Assembly (NCBI GenBank): GCA_021842385.1 | Contig: JAKCAE010000011.1 | Coordinates: 1 to 40,116 of the forward strand | DNA length: 40,116 nucleotides | Direction of reading: 5' to 3' | Source of the DNA: a bacterium | GTDB lineage: Bacteria > Patescibacteriota > Doudnabacteria > UBA920 > VMFF01 | Part shown: one piece after another, positions 1 to 9,554 of the stretch | Position numbering within the stretch: position 1 is the first letter of the stretch | Layout of the letters: each line of letters starts with the position of its first letter | Position numbers and translations under genes: made by a program | Notes under the pieces: model-generated | Told to the model about the DNA's origin: nothing | Database searches by the model: none | Seen by the model: only the letters and a program-made list of their open reading frames with translations

Positions 1-2917
1 CCGGATGAGGAAAATGAGGTGGGGCAGGAGGTGTTTCTCCGCTAGATGAAACTGGTATCCCCTTAGCTTTCATATCAACCAATAATTTTTCCTCTAAACG
101 CTTCTGGCTAGTGCCAACCAAAGAGAAGTTTGCTAATTCCGCTTCACTAAGCCCCGCTTCTTGTCCATTTTGATCTAAACGGTAGTATACATTTTTTCCA
201 CCAGAACCTTTTTTTCTGAAAATTACTCTCTTTTCCTCACCCGGCTTAACCAAGTTCTCTACCTCTGGTGGCAAGTAATCTTTATAATCCCTATGCCCAG
301 GGTTAACGTTACGAGCACGGTTATAGTATCTAATTGCTAAATCTCTATGATTCTGTATTAAGTATTTAAGCTTCTGAACTTGTTCGATATTCTTAAATCC
401 TCCGACCATACCAGTATTTTTATCAACCAAAGAACCCATACTGTCTTCCATCGTTGATTGACTAAGGGGCACATTCCTTTCTTCCATCTTTTTAATAAAC
501 GCTTCGTAAACTCGATTAATTTTTGGTGAACCGTCGGAATTTCTTTCGCCATACTTATCAAAGAACTCCATACCCTTTGTACTAATCTTAGACAGGTCTT
601 CAGTACTAAAATTTTCCAATTGAGCAAGAAGTCTCTCTTCTCTTGCAGCAGTAATCTCCTTAACCTGCTTACCAAGCCTTCGCACCTCTGAATTCACCTC
701 TGGATTATTATATATATCAGCATCACTAAATCCTTGGCTACGTAACTTAGCAACTTCAGAATCAAAAGCACTATCCGCTGCCTGAAATTCTTTTAGATCA
801 ACAAGTTGTAGACCAATCCCCAAAGGATTTTTATTCTTCTTTGCAATATCATTAAGAGTATCTTGCAGTCTTGTTTGATCATGTTCACCATTCAAAACTT
901 GTGACAAAAACCTATAATTCCCTTGTGTGGAAAATTTACTACCATCGCCACCTAGCGCAACAGAATTGTATTCATCATACAACTTCCTCTGTTTGTTATT
1001 CATGTATGTAGCCTGCAGCAAGGAGTTGATTTGTTCTTGAGTTTCATGGTTTGGTTTGGTAGCCATTTTAGCCATCAGGCGTCTAAGTATTTTTGCATTT
1101 TCAGCTGGGGACTTAGTAAGGTATTGAGAAAGATATTCCTGCTCTTGCTTCTCTATTGCAGTTTTCATGCCTTCATTAATCTCGCCTGTTTCCCAATAAT
1201 GTTGCTGTTCTTGAGCTGCTCCTTTTATCACATCTTTTGCTTTCTCTTCATGGTGATGCTGTGCTTCCCAATACTTCTCTGCGACAATATCAGCATTCAA
1301 AGCGCTAAACCCAATTTTCTTAGCCAAACCCTTAACACCTCTAGCAAAATTGAGACCACCTTTGCGCTCTCCTGTTATTGGATCACGGTCGTAAAAAGTT
1401 TCCCCTCTGGCATTAGTAAGCGGCGAACTCCAGTTTGCCGTTGCTCTTCGCTTGTACTTTTGTGCTCTTGAATATGCACTCTCTAATCCCATCTCTATTG
1501 GTTTAACGCCAACAAAGTGTGTTGCTTTCTCCACAGCTCCGGTAATAGCCCCCGCTCCGAAGGTACCCAGCTCTTTGGCAACTTCAAGTCCTGCCATTAA
1601 ACAAACAAGCAACAAAATGCTCGACAGCGAGTTATACGCAAATTGAGCTGCAGTGTTTACTCCACCTGTAGTTAAAGATGTGTTTTCTGTTGCTTTGGCA
1701 AGAAACTTTGACTGAGAAACAGCAATTACAGCACAAAGATGTAAAAAGAATCCTAAGATTGGCGTCTGAAAAGCATACTTTAAGAAATTACTCCACCACT
1801 TCATTGCTTCGTGATGTGTATCAGGTAAAATCATGCCAACATAGGCAATTGGAGATAACATTAACAAAAGCCAAAGAGCAACAATTCGAATTACCAAAAA
1901 AGCGGCAATGGCTGCAAAAACAAAGAATGTCCCAACCGCGAATATGAAATATACAAGGGTTGCGATTAAATCAGCAAAGCTGCCATGGAAAACACCCTTA
2001 GAAATATTCTGAAGAGGAGAAACCATCAATTGATGCGCGAGAGCATTTAAAACGTCCTTGTTGTTTGGTAGAAACTGCGTTTGGAAAGTATCTGCAACCC
2101 CAAGAATAAGCTGTGCTACCACTAAGCTAAAATTAACAGCAATAGCCATTAAAACCAGCTCAGGAATCAAATGTTTGTAGTTATACTTTTCAACACGCAA
2201 AAGCGTTGCCATGCCAAGAATTATCATGGCAATAATGAAAAGAATGTTCGCAACATTCCTGACAAAAACCCAACCAACTAATATAACTGCGGAAAATGAA
2301 GCATCGTGTGGCTGAATAGTTAAAAGAACCTGAATTATCGGAATGATGATACTATTCAACAAGAAATATAAAAGCCCAACTATACCAAAAGCCAAAGTTT
2401 GTAAAATCTTATTTACGATCCCAAAAAGCGGATCAAGAATGGTATCAGCAACAGTTTTTCCTGTGCCTTCGATAGCAGGAGGGGTTGTTACTGCTTTTGC
2501 CTCACTAATTTTACCCTGAGCTTGATACGAAGTATTTGCTTGAAGATCTTTTACAATCACCTTAACAACACTGCCATCAGAAGCAGCAAATTGGATGGGA
2601 TTTTTGTTGTCATATCTGGTGACCTGGGCCTTGTCATCAAAGTTCCAATGGATTTCAAACCTATTTGTATTACAGGAGTTGTTAGCACAGGAAATTGGAT
2701 TGCTGTTAAACAATACTGTCGCAAAATAGTCCATAACAGCGGCATTTACTGCTCCTGTCTGCTTAAATTCAACCTTTAAAGATATGGTATCAGCTGCGGA
2801 AACCTGTGCGTTTGGCGTTAAAAACCCTAAAAAACTAAAGACCAAAGCAAAAAATAGCCCAGCCATTCTTTTTTTACTGCTCTGCTTTTTGTGGATTATT
2901 TTTGTTTCGGAAATCAA
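1..2917 (-). CDS. VirB6/TrbL-like polytopic membrane protein with long C-terminal soluble tail (runs off window start; >970 aa)
   Basis: Not in ORF track. Manual translation shows an open frame from TTG 2917 (alternative ATG 2866) to the window edge: N-terminal signal/TM, then GWVFVRNVANILFIIAMIILGMATLLRVEKYNYKHLIPELVLMAIAVNFSLVVAQLILG and IRIVALWLLLMLSPIAYVGMILP..WWSNF, typical of CPR VirB6-like proteins. Confidence 0.8.
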   Translation of the reverse strand, partial: MISETKIIHKKQSSKKRMAGLFFALVFSFLGFLTPNAQVSAADTISLKVEFKQTGAVNAAVMDYFATVLFNSNPISCANNSCNTNRFEIHWNFDDKAQVTRYDNKNPIQFAASDGSVVKVIVKDLQANTSYQAQGKISEAKAVTTPPAIEGTGKTVADTILDPLFGIVNKILQTLAFGIVGLLYFLLNSIIIPIIQVLLTIQPHDASFSAVILVGWVFVRNVANILFIIAMIILGMATLLRVEKYNYKHLIPELVLMAIAVNFSLVVAQLILGVADTFQTQFLPNNKDVLNALAHQLMVSPLQNISKGVFHGSFADLIATLVYFIFAVGTFFVFAAIAAFLVIRIVALWLLLMLSPIAYVGMILPDTHHEAMKWWSNFLKYAFQTPILGFFLHLCAVIAVSQSKFLAKATENTSLTTGGVNTAAQFAYNSLSSILLLVCLMAGLEVAKELGTFGAGAITGAVEKATHFVGVKPIEMGLESAYSRAQKYKRRATANWSSPLTNARGETFYDRDPITGERKGGLNFARGVKGLAKKIGFSALNADIVAEKYWEAQHHHEEKAKDVIKGAAQEQQHYWETGEINEGMKTAIEKQEQEYLSQYLTKSPAENAKILRRLMAKMATKPNHETQEQINSLLQATYMNNKQRKLYDEYNSVALGGDGSKFSTQGNYRFLSQVLNGEHDQTRLQDTLNDIAKKNKNPLGIGLQLVDLKEFQAADSAFDSEVAKLRSQGFSDADIYNNPEVNSEVRRLGKQVKEITAAREERLLAQLENFSTEDLSKISTKGMEFFDKYGERNSDGSPKINRVYEAFIKKMEERNVPLSQSTMEDSMGSLVDKNTGMVGGFKNIEQVQKLKYLIQNHRDLAIRYYNRARNVNPGHRDYKDYLPPEVENLVKPGEEKRVIFRKKGSGGKNVYYRLDQNGQEAGLSEAELANFSLVGTSQKRLEEKLLVDMKAKGIPVSSSGETPPAPPHFPHP

Positions 2918-2990
2918 GTTATTTTTATTAACTTTCTCAAAATTATTATCTCATAAATCCAAGCAAAAGACAAATTTTGTCAAACTAAGT

Positions 2991-3015
2991 TTAAAGGCGG
3001 CAAAGCCGCCTTTAA
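2991..3015. terminator. Hairpin, probable intrinsic terminator of the 3029-5648 genes
   Basis: ttaaaggcggc-aaa-gccgcctttaa perfect inverted repeat. Confidence 0.7.
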
Positions 3016-3028
3016 GGATCATTAAAAA

Positions 3029-4012
3029 CTAAAACTGGAAATCGTTGGGATTAAAGTCCACCCCTTCCTTAGAGACATCTTCTTGCAAGGAATTTGGACT
3101 ATCTTTAATCGTATCACCGATTTTTTGAGAAGTTGTTTTCTTTCCGCCGAGAAGCATTTTGATAAACTGCTGCATGACATCAACATGGTCTAGTGGCTTT
3201 AACTGTTCCCCGAAGATTTTATCGATCTTGGTGTCAATTTGATCAGAAACAAACTTTGCCGAATTTTTGATGTTACAAACAAGGTTTCCTTTGTTATCTT
3301 TACTGCTGCAATCAAGCTGGTCTTTGTTGCCCTGACTATTTTGTATGTTTGCTGCTGCTCCTGACTGAGCTTTTAGCCAATCTGTTTCTGCTTGAGCTTC
3401 ATAAACGAGCTTTTGTCCTTGTGGCGTAGAAACTAAAGGATCTTCTAAAACACTTGCCGCAGCATTTCCAGCTGCTGTATACACTTGAGAAAAATCAACT
3501 GCGTTTATAGCTTTTTTCTTGTATACGGGTTTTAAATCAAGAGTCTTTATGCTCTTGTCTGTTGCTGAAAGGATTCTTTGAATATTAGCTTTAGTCAAAA
3601 AGACATCACCAGCTTCTCTGTTTTTAAGCTGCTTGGAAAGATACAAAGTATTAGCAAGGTTCTTTTGATATCCTAAATAATCTGAAATTTTATACTTCTT
3701 CATGACATCATTAACGTAATTTAGCGTGTATTTATGATTTTCTGCGCGAATCATATCAGCGACACAGCTTTTCAAAAGCTCGGTTGCGTTTGCTTTCTTG
3801 TCATCTGTAGGAACTTCAGGAGCACCAAACAATGAAGCCAAAAACCCTGTGGCAAGGCTGGTTAAATATCTGCCAGTCGCGCCTGAAATTCCACCGCAAA
3901 GACTTGTTAAACTAATAGCTTGGGTTTGTTTAGGCAAAAAAACAATACTGCTGGTTGTACCCAGAGCAATTATTAAGAAAAGAGAGGCTATGATTTTTTG
4001 TTTGACTTGCAT
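3029..4012 (-). CDS. Secreted/membrane-anchored hypothetical protein, possibly associated with the T4SS-like cluster
   Basis: Likely start MQVKQ at 4012; N-terminal hydrophobic signal; paired Cys; co-oriented with the VirB6-like gene. Confidence 0.7.
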   Translation of the reverse strand: MQVKQKIIASLFLIIALGTTSSIVFLPKQTQAISLTSLCGGISGATGRYLTSLATGFLASLFGAPEVPTDDKKANATELLKSCVADMIRAENHKYTLNYVNDVMKKYKISDYLGYQKNLANTLYLSKQLKNREAGDVFLTKANIQRILSATDKSIKTLDLKPVYKKKAINAVDFSQVYTAAGNAAASVLEDPLVSTPQGQKLVYEAQAETDWLKAQSGAAANIQNSQGNKDQLDCSSKDNKGNLVCNIKNSAKFVSDQIDTKIDKIFGEQLKPLDHVDVMQQFIKMLLGGKKTTSQKIGDTIKDSPNSLQEDVSKEGVDFNPNDFQF

Positions 4013-4013
4013 A

Positions 4014-5000
4014 TTATTGCACCTCCGGAGCATTCTTAATAATATTTGCGGCTTGAGTCACAGAATCTGTGATTTGAGCAATGGTATCACCCAAAGATGA
4101 ATAGACGCTGTAAATCTGATTTGATTCTTCAGAAGCAGCCTGAGTTGCCGGGTCAAGATTAAAAGAAACTTGAGAAACAAAGTCAAGATACTGCTGGTAT
4201 GCCTTAACATAGAGCTGACTTAAACCTAGCAAAGCAGAAGGAACTGAAACTTTTTTAACAGCATCCAAAACTTGGTTTGCTTGAGCTATGTATATATCAA
4301 GACCGGCTGTACTTTGTGCGTCAAAAATATCTCTGGTTGTTGTGTCATCATGCACGATATCAAACCTCTTGGTTGCATCTGAAAGCTCAGTGATGTATTT
4401 AGTCATTGTGCTCTTGTTGTTATCAGGCGTTAAAACAAACATGGTCACATCAATTTCTGGAATCAAAGGCAAACTCTCACGAGCAGACAAGCTGTCTGTG
4501 GAAATGATGACATCATCACCACCTAAACTTCCTGTATTAATACTTTGCACTGTTGATGCTCCATAATATTTATTTATGAAATCCATTGTTGGCATATTGT
4601 AGTCAGCAAGCTCTCTTTGTTCCAAAGGAGTATACCCAGAAGGATCAACAACTTGCTTGTAATTACCGTTTGCATCAGGAATCAACCCTTGATTTATAGC
4701 TGTCTGGTAATCATCAAAGGCTGGCACATTAGCAGCTGTAACAATAGGCTCATCAGAGCGCGGCGTAATTGTTGCAAAAGGCTTTGTCGGATCAACAACA
4801 ACTTTAAACTCGCCCCTGCCTAAACCCGCAGGACTTGGTGTTACAGAAACAAAACCACCAGTTCCTGTTGTTGTGTTATCAGTTGTTCCTGGTTGATTTG
4901 TGTTCGGTTTATTTGATGCCAAAATGGCGATCAAAACGATCGCCAAAAGTGCGGCTATTCCGCCTATGATCAATGTTGTTTTCTTGCTTAAGCCAAACAT
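4014..5000 (-). CDS. Membrane-anchored hypothetical protein
   Basis: 328 aa ORF; N-terminal TM, Thr/Gly linker, helical C-terminus with ..VSVPSALLGL.. Confidence 0.75.
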   Translation of the reverse strand: MFGLSKKTTLIIGGIAALLAIVLIAILASNKPNTNQPGTTDNTTTGTGGFVSVTPSPAGLGRGEFKVVVDPTKPFATITPRSDEPIVTAANVPAFDDYQTAINQGLIPDANGNYKQVVDPSGYTPLEQRELADYNMPTMDFINKYYGASTVQSINTGSLGGDDVIISTDSLSARESLPLIPEIDVTMFVLTPDNNKSTMTKYITELSDATKRFDIVHDDTTTRDIFDAQSTAGLDIYIAQANQVLDAVKKVSVPSALLGLSQLYVKAYQQYLDFVSQVSFNLDPATQAASEESNQIYSVYSSLGDTIAQITDSVTQAANIIKNAPEVQ

Positions 5001-5024
5001 TTGTTTGTATTTTCAATCTCTGCA

Positions 5025-5648
5025 CTATGGCAGAAACAATTGCACGCTGTTATAAAATCCTTGCTTGATATTTGAAAGTTGATTTCTAACTGCTGACAAA
5101 ACCGCATCAATATCTGATTCAGAAACTCCCTCAAAAGTTGCCCCTTGTTTTTGGGAAAATTCTAAATTGTATTCTGCAAGCAACAAGCGATGGTAGTCTT
5201 CAAAAACACTTGGTACGACTAGATTCCCAAGGTCAACCAAAAGCTTATCCTGTTTTTCTAATAGATCCGGAGTCTGCTTAGCAAAAATTAAACCCGCCGC
5301 ATTTTCGCTGTCTATAATTGTTCTAACCTGATTTGCATATTCTGCTAAAGCAGTACTTGAATTATTAGCAGAAAGAGTCACTTTAATGTTTGAAAACTCC
5401 TTGGCAATGTTTGGATTATACTCCGTAGCTCCCAAAACCTGGGCTCCGGTAGAATTACCGCCAATATTTCCTGCAAGCGGCTGATTATTCCAAGATAAAC
5501 CATATTCTTTAGAAGCAAGACGCATCGGACTCTGCACAAAAGCAAAAGAAATCAAAAGAATAGCCACAAAAACAATAAGTGCTACATTCTTAACTCCAAA
5601 ATCCTTTATTTTTGTTTCCACTTGATTTTCCAAGATATTGAGGTCCAT
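5025..5648 (-). CDS. Membrane-anchored hypothetical protein
   Basis: 207 aa ORF; N-terminal TM, QVLGA motif, ..LVVPSVFEDYH.. resembling the neighbouring gene. Confidence 0.75.
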   Translation of the reverse strand: MDLNILENQVETKIKDFGVKNVALIVFVAILLISFAFVQSPMRLASKEYGLSWNNQPLAGNIGGNSTGAQVLGATEYNPNIAKEFSNIKVTLSANNSSTALAEYANQVRTIIDSENAAGLIFAKQTPDLLEKQDKLLVDLGNLVVPSVFEDYHRLLLAEYNLEFSQKQGATFEGVSESDIDAVLSAVRNQLSNIKQGFYNSVQLFLP

Positions 5649-5715
5649 AAATTTCTCTTAAGTTATTTAAACCCCCACAAAAATCAACGTATTCTTCCCC
5701 CCGATTATATCATAA

Positions 5716-6579
5716 TTAAGAGGCTTTCGCAAGAAAATCTTTAAGACTCATATATAGCTTAAACCACTGTTCCAAAGAAAGCTCCTGTGGCCTTGCTTTT
5801 GAGTCCACCAAAGAGGCCTCTAACGCCTTTAAAAGAGTTGTTTCTTCCAATCCCAGGTTGTTTTTAAGAGTATTATGGATTTGTTTTCTCTTGCCAGCAA
5901 AAGCTGCTTTAACAAGCCTGAAAAACTCTTTTTCTGAAACATTGAATTTAGGTTTTGCAAGCATGTCTAAGACGAGAATCGCTGAATCAACTTTTGGAGA
6001 TGGAAAAAAGTCTGACTTTGGAACAAAACCTACGATCCTGGGGTTAGAAAAAAGCTGTACTGAAATTGCCAAAATGCTTAAATCCCCTGCTTTTGCTGTA
6101 ATCCTTTGAGCAACCTCTTTCTGCATCAGCAAAACAATCTTAGAAGGTCTGTTTTTAGCAGTGAGTAACATTTCAACAATCTTTCCAGTAATGTAGTATG
6201 GAATATTAGCAACAACTTTGTAACCAGGCTTTAATTCTTGCTGAAAATTAAAATGAGTGATGTCTGCAAAAACTAACTTAACGTTGGCTTTTGATTTCGG
6301 AGTTTTAGAATGCGTTTGTAAATGCTCCCCTAACTGATCTTTTAAAATCGGAAAGTATCGTTGATCCTTTTCTACTGCCAAAACATTAGCTCCTGTTTCA
6401 GAAAGGAGTTTTGTTAAATTTCCAATCCCAGAACCAATCTCTAAAACATCATCACCAGCAGAAAGTTCAGCAGCTGAAACTATTTCCCTCAAAGCATCTT
6501 CATTGATTAAAAAATTCTGTCCTAAAAGGTCATTTGGTCTAAACTTGTACTTTGCAAGCAGTTCCTTAATCTCTCTCAT
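5716..6579 (-). CDS. rsmA: 16S rRNA m6,2A dimethyltransferase
   Basis: LGQNFL, VLEIGSGIG, VVANIPYYIT, FFPSPKVDSA motifs. Confidence 0.97.
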   Translation of the reverse strand: MREIKELLAKYKFRPNDLLGQNFLINEDALREIVSAAELSAGDDVLEIGSGIGNLTKLLSETGANVLAVEKDQRYFPILKDQLGEHLQTHSKTPKSKANVKLVFADITHFNFQQELKPGYKVVANIPYYITGKIVEMLLTAKNRPSKIVLLMQKEVAQRITAKAGDLSILAISVQLFSNPRIVGFVPKSDFFPSPKVDSAILVLDMLAKPKFNVSEKEFFRLVKAAFAGKRKQIHNTLKNNLGLEETTLLKALEASLVDSKARPQELSLEQWFKLYMSLKDFLAKAS

Positions 6580-7121
6580 ATTTCTACAGTCCTTACTTCC
6601 AAATTAGAAATGTTTCCTATGAGCACACCGGTGATATAGAAATACAGGACGCGTATAACGCCCTCACTTGTAACTAACAAAATAGGCTTGTCGTTACCGG
6701 CATTTTCAAGTTTAACACGTTCCAAAAATTCAACGACTCTTCTTGTGAAATGCTTAACATTTTCTCCACCAATATCTGAATAGTCAAACTGCAGGGCATA
6801 ATCTTTTTCCAAAGTATGACCGGGATATTTTTCTTCTGCCTCTTTCCAACTTAAACCAGAACAATCTCCGTAATCGCGCTCATTAACATCAGAATCGTAA
6901 ACAACAGGAAGATTTAATGTTTCATTAATCAAAGCAACGGTTTGTTTAACCCGCAGCAAATCTCCACCATATATTTTAACAATATCCTTAGGTAATCTCT
7001 TGCCCAAATCACGCACTAAATCAGCACCCTTAGGATCCAAGGGTTCATTTGAACGAATACCGTTTAAAAGACCTTTTTCGTTCATCTTTGTCAGTCCATG
7101 TCTAACCATTATTAACTGCAT
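6576..7121 (-). CDS. Histidine phosphatase (phosphoglycerate mutase-like) family protein
   Basis: Start re-assigned to MQLIMVRHG (7121); RHG, NERDYG, GGE motifs; the track's upstream extension overlaps a terminator and the tRNA-like gene. Confidence 0.88.
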   Translation of the reverse strand: MQLIMVRHGLTKMNEKGLLNGIRSNEPLDPKGADLVRDLGKRLPKDIVKIYGGDLLRVKQTVALINETLNLPVVYDSDVNERDYGDCSGLSWKEAEEKYPGHTLEKDYALQFDYSDIGGENVKHFTRRVVEFLERVKLENAGNDKPILLVTSEGVIRVLYFYITGVLIGNISNLEVRTVEI

Positions 7122-7137
7122 ACATACATCATACCAA

Positions 7138-7170
7138 ATACAAAACCGCCTGTAGAGGCGGCTTTTTGTA
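7138..7170 (-). terminator. Intrinsic terminator downstream of the tRNA-like gene
   Basis: aaaaccgcct-gtag-aggcggcttttt inverted repeat with A/T tracts. Confidence 0.7.
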
Positions 7171-7240
7171 TTCTTTGGGGTAATTCCCCGGAAACAGCTT
7201 ACCATTAACACAATACCAAGAAGAATTAAAATAGTCAAAG

Positions 7241-7316
7241 TGGTGGACGGGAGGAGAATCGAACTCCCAAAGAAACAGATGGTAAGCCATTTCCACACAC
7301 CAGTGTTAGCCCGCCC
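7241..7316 (-). tRNA. Non-canonical tRNA / tRNA-like RNA, 76 nt, Ala-type acceptor
   Basis: GGGCGGG/CCCGTCC acceptor with G3-U70, A73 and encoded CCA; T arm GGGAG-TTCGATT-CTCCT; D arm ACAC-TGGT-GTGT; no 7-nt anticodon loop. Confidence 0.75.
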
Positions 7317-7361
7317 ATAACCGACAAGCTAACACATCAAGATTAAACAAAGATTAACTAA

Positions 7362-9467
7362 TTAAAACCTTCCCACGATCTTGAAATCGATCTTTTCTTC
7401 TGGCAATGCTTTTAATATTCTGGATGGCGGAAAACTTTGTACTTGTCCAAAGAGTCTTCTTGATTGCGCATAGATTAAATACAGGTTTCTTCTGGCTCTG
7501 GTCATGCCAACATATGCCAAACGAACCTCCTCTGAAAGCTCTGATGGATTTAACAAGGAACGCGAATGCGGCAAGATTCCTTCTTCCAAACCAATCAAAA
7601 ATACTGTATCAAACTCCAAACCCTTTGCTTGATGCAAACTCATGAAAGTAACAGCGTCCTTGTTGTCCTTCATGTTATCAATCTCTGTCATCAGGGCTAC
7701 TTCTTCTAAAAACTGCTCCAAACCTTCCTGCCAATTTAAGTTCTGATATTTTGCAGCAACGTTAAAAAGTTCTTCAATGTTCTGCCAGCGATTCTCACCC
7801 TCTTCAGTACCATCACGCAACCATGCTTCATAGCCGCTTTTTTTCAAAACCAAACGCATCAAAGAAAGAATGTTTTCAGAAACATCAAACAAAGTAAATT
7901 CTTCAAGAAGCAAAAAAAAGCCTTGTACTGCGTTGAATTGTTTTGGCGGCAAGATAATATCTGCAAGATCAACTCTAAACTTCGCTAAATCCCCTTCTGA
8001 ATTAAAAACAAAATCTTTCAAAACCTGGTATGACTTTTCACCAATGCCTCTTGCTGGTTCATTAATAACCCGCTTTAAAGAGACAAGGTCGCGATAGTTG
8101 CTGACAAGCCTTAAATATGCCACAGCGTCCTTAATTTCCTTGCGCTGATAGAACTTAAGACCGCCAACAATCTGATACGGAATTTCTGCCTGCAAAAAGA
8201 CTTCCTCTAAAGCCCTTGATTGAGCGTGTGTTCTGTACAAAACCGCATACTTGTTCAAAGTATCATGATCCTTAGAAAGCCTGGGTACTGAAAACATGTT
8301 AATCGGGGTTCGCGCTGAAAGCTTTTGTTTCTTTAAAAAATGATCCAGGATTGAATATGTTTTAACAGGTTCTTCAAAATCAGGGATGCTTTCAGATTCA
8401 TAAACCAGATCATCTTTTGAATTGCCGCCTGCTTTTGCAATGATTGTTTTTGCAACGATTTTTGCTTCCTCAACCTCATCCTCTACTTCTAAAAGCTTAG
8501 TCTTTGCGCCCTCTTCATTTTCTGTCCACAAAGTTTTTGGTTTCTGTTCCTTGTTAATCTGTATGACCTCAGAAGCAACAGAAAGAATATTCTTTGTTGA
8601 CCTATAATTTTGTTCAAGCTTAACAATTAAAGCATCAGGAAAACTCTCTTCAAAACTCAAAATGTTCCTTAAATTAGAACCCCTGAAACCATAGATTGCT
8701 TGAGCATCATCACCAACAACAAACAGATTCCTTAAAGCAACATTTTTCTTTGTACCAATAGCCAACAAAAAAAGAAGCATAAACTGAGCATGGTTTGTAT
8801 CCTGATATTCATCAACAAGAATGTATTTAAAAATACTTTGATATTTAGACAAGACCTCTGGAAAGTTCTGTAAAATCTTAACAGTGAGCATTAACAAGTC
8901 ATCAAAATCCAAAGAGTTTTGCTTGAAAAGATAATTCTGGTATTCAAGATATACCTCAGAAACCATATTCAAAACATATTTATCAATCCCCAAATCAAGT
9001 TCTTCTGGGGTCTGTAAAACATTTTTAGCTGCAGAAATATAGTTTTTAAAAAAGTTGGGAGGAAACTTTGCGCCAAAGTTTTTTTGAACACATATCTCTT
9101 TCAATATTTTGTTTTGATCATCATCATCAACAATGACAAACCCTTTTGTGTAACCAAGCGCTTGAATCTCTTGTCTTAAAATCCTGGCGCAAACTGAATG
9201 AAATGTTCCCATTGTTGGCATACCAATATTCGGAAACAAACTTTGAACCCTGCCTTGCATTTCTTTTGCAGCCTTGTTTGTAAAAGTCAAAGCAAGAATA
9301 TTTTCAGACTTGAACAACCCTTCAGAAATTAAATACGCGATGCGATGCGTTAAGACCTTAGTCTTACCGCTGCCTGCGCCTGCCAAAACTAAAACCGGCC
9401 CTGCTGGGGCGGTAACTGCTTGTTTCTGCCGATCATTTAAACCCTGCAAAATTTTTTCTGATTTCAT
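7362..9467 (-). CDS. pcrA: ATP-dependent DNA helicase PcrA/UvrD
   Basis: AGAGSGKT, TFTNKAA, VDEYQD, VGDDAQAIYGFRG, QNYRST, HQAKGLEF, YVGMTRAR. Confidence 0.95.
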   Translation of the reverse strand: MKSEKILQGLNDRQKQAVTAPAGPVLVLAGAGSGKTKVLTHRIAYLISEGLFKSENILALTFTNKAAKEMQGRVQSLFPNIGMPTMGTFHSVCARILRQEIQALGYTKGFVIVDDDDQNKILKEICVQKNFGAKFPPNFFKNYISAAKNVLQTPEELDLGIDKYVLNMVSEVYLEYQNYLFKQNSLDFDDLLMLTVKILQNFPEVLSKYQSIFKYILVDEYQDTNHAQFMLLFLLAIGTKKNVALRNLFVVGDDAQAIYGFRGSNLRNILSFEESFPDALIVKLEQNYRSTKNILSVASEVIQINKEQKPKTLWTENEEGAKTKLLEVEDEVEEAKIVAKTIIAKAGGNSKDDLVYESESIPDFEEPVKTYSILDHFLKKQKLSARTPINMFSVPRLSKDHDTLNKYAVLYRTHAQSRALEEVFLQAEIPYQIVGGLKFYQRKEIKDAVAYLRLVSNYRDLVSLKRVINEPARGIGEKSYQVLKDFVFNSEGDLAKFRVDLADIILPPKQFNAVQGFFLLLEEFTLFDVSENILSLMRLVLKKSGYEAWLRDGTEEGENRWQNIEELFNVAAKYQNLNWQEGLEQFLEEVALMTEIDNMKDNKDAVTFMSLHQAKGLEFDTVFLIGLEEGILPHSRSLLNPSELSEEVRLAYVGMTRARRNLYLIYAQSRRLFGQVQSFPPSRILKALPEEKIDFKIVGRF

Positions 9468-9507
9468 AACTTCTTAAACATTATATATCAAAGCTAAAAC
9501 AAACTGA

Positions 9508-9537
9508 AACGACGCCCTGCGGTTGCAAAGCGTCGTT
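9508..9537 (-). terminator. Hairpin downstream of GC-rich cassette 1
   Basis: aacgacgc...gcgtcgtt inverted repeat. Confidence 0.55.
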
Positions 9538-9554
9538 CTAGTCAAACGTTGTTG

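Noticed and set aside
358-3032. Short ORFs listed in the track across this region
   Set aside because: All overlap the single long minus-strand VirB6-like frame.
7122-7298. 59-aa N-terminal extension of the phosphatase in the ORF track
   Set aside because: Overlaps the tRNA-like gene and a terminator; the family domain starts at MQLIMVRHG, with a -10 just upstream.
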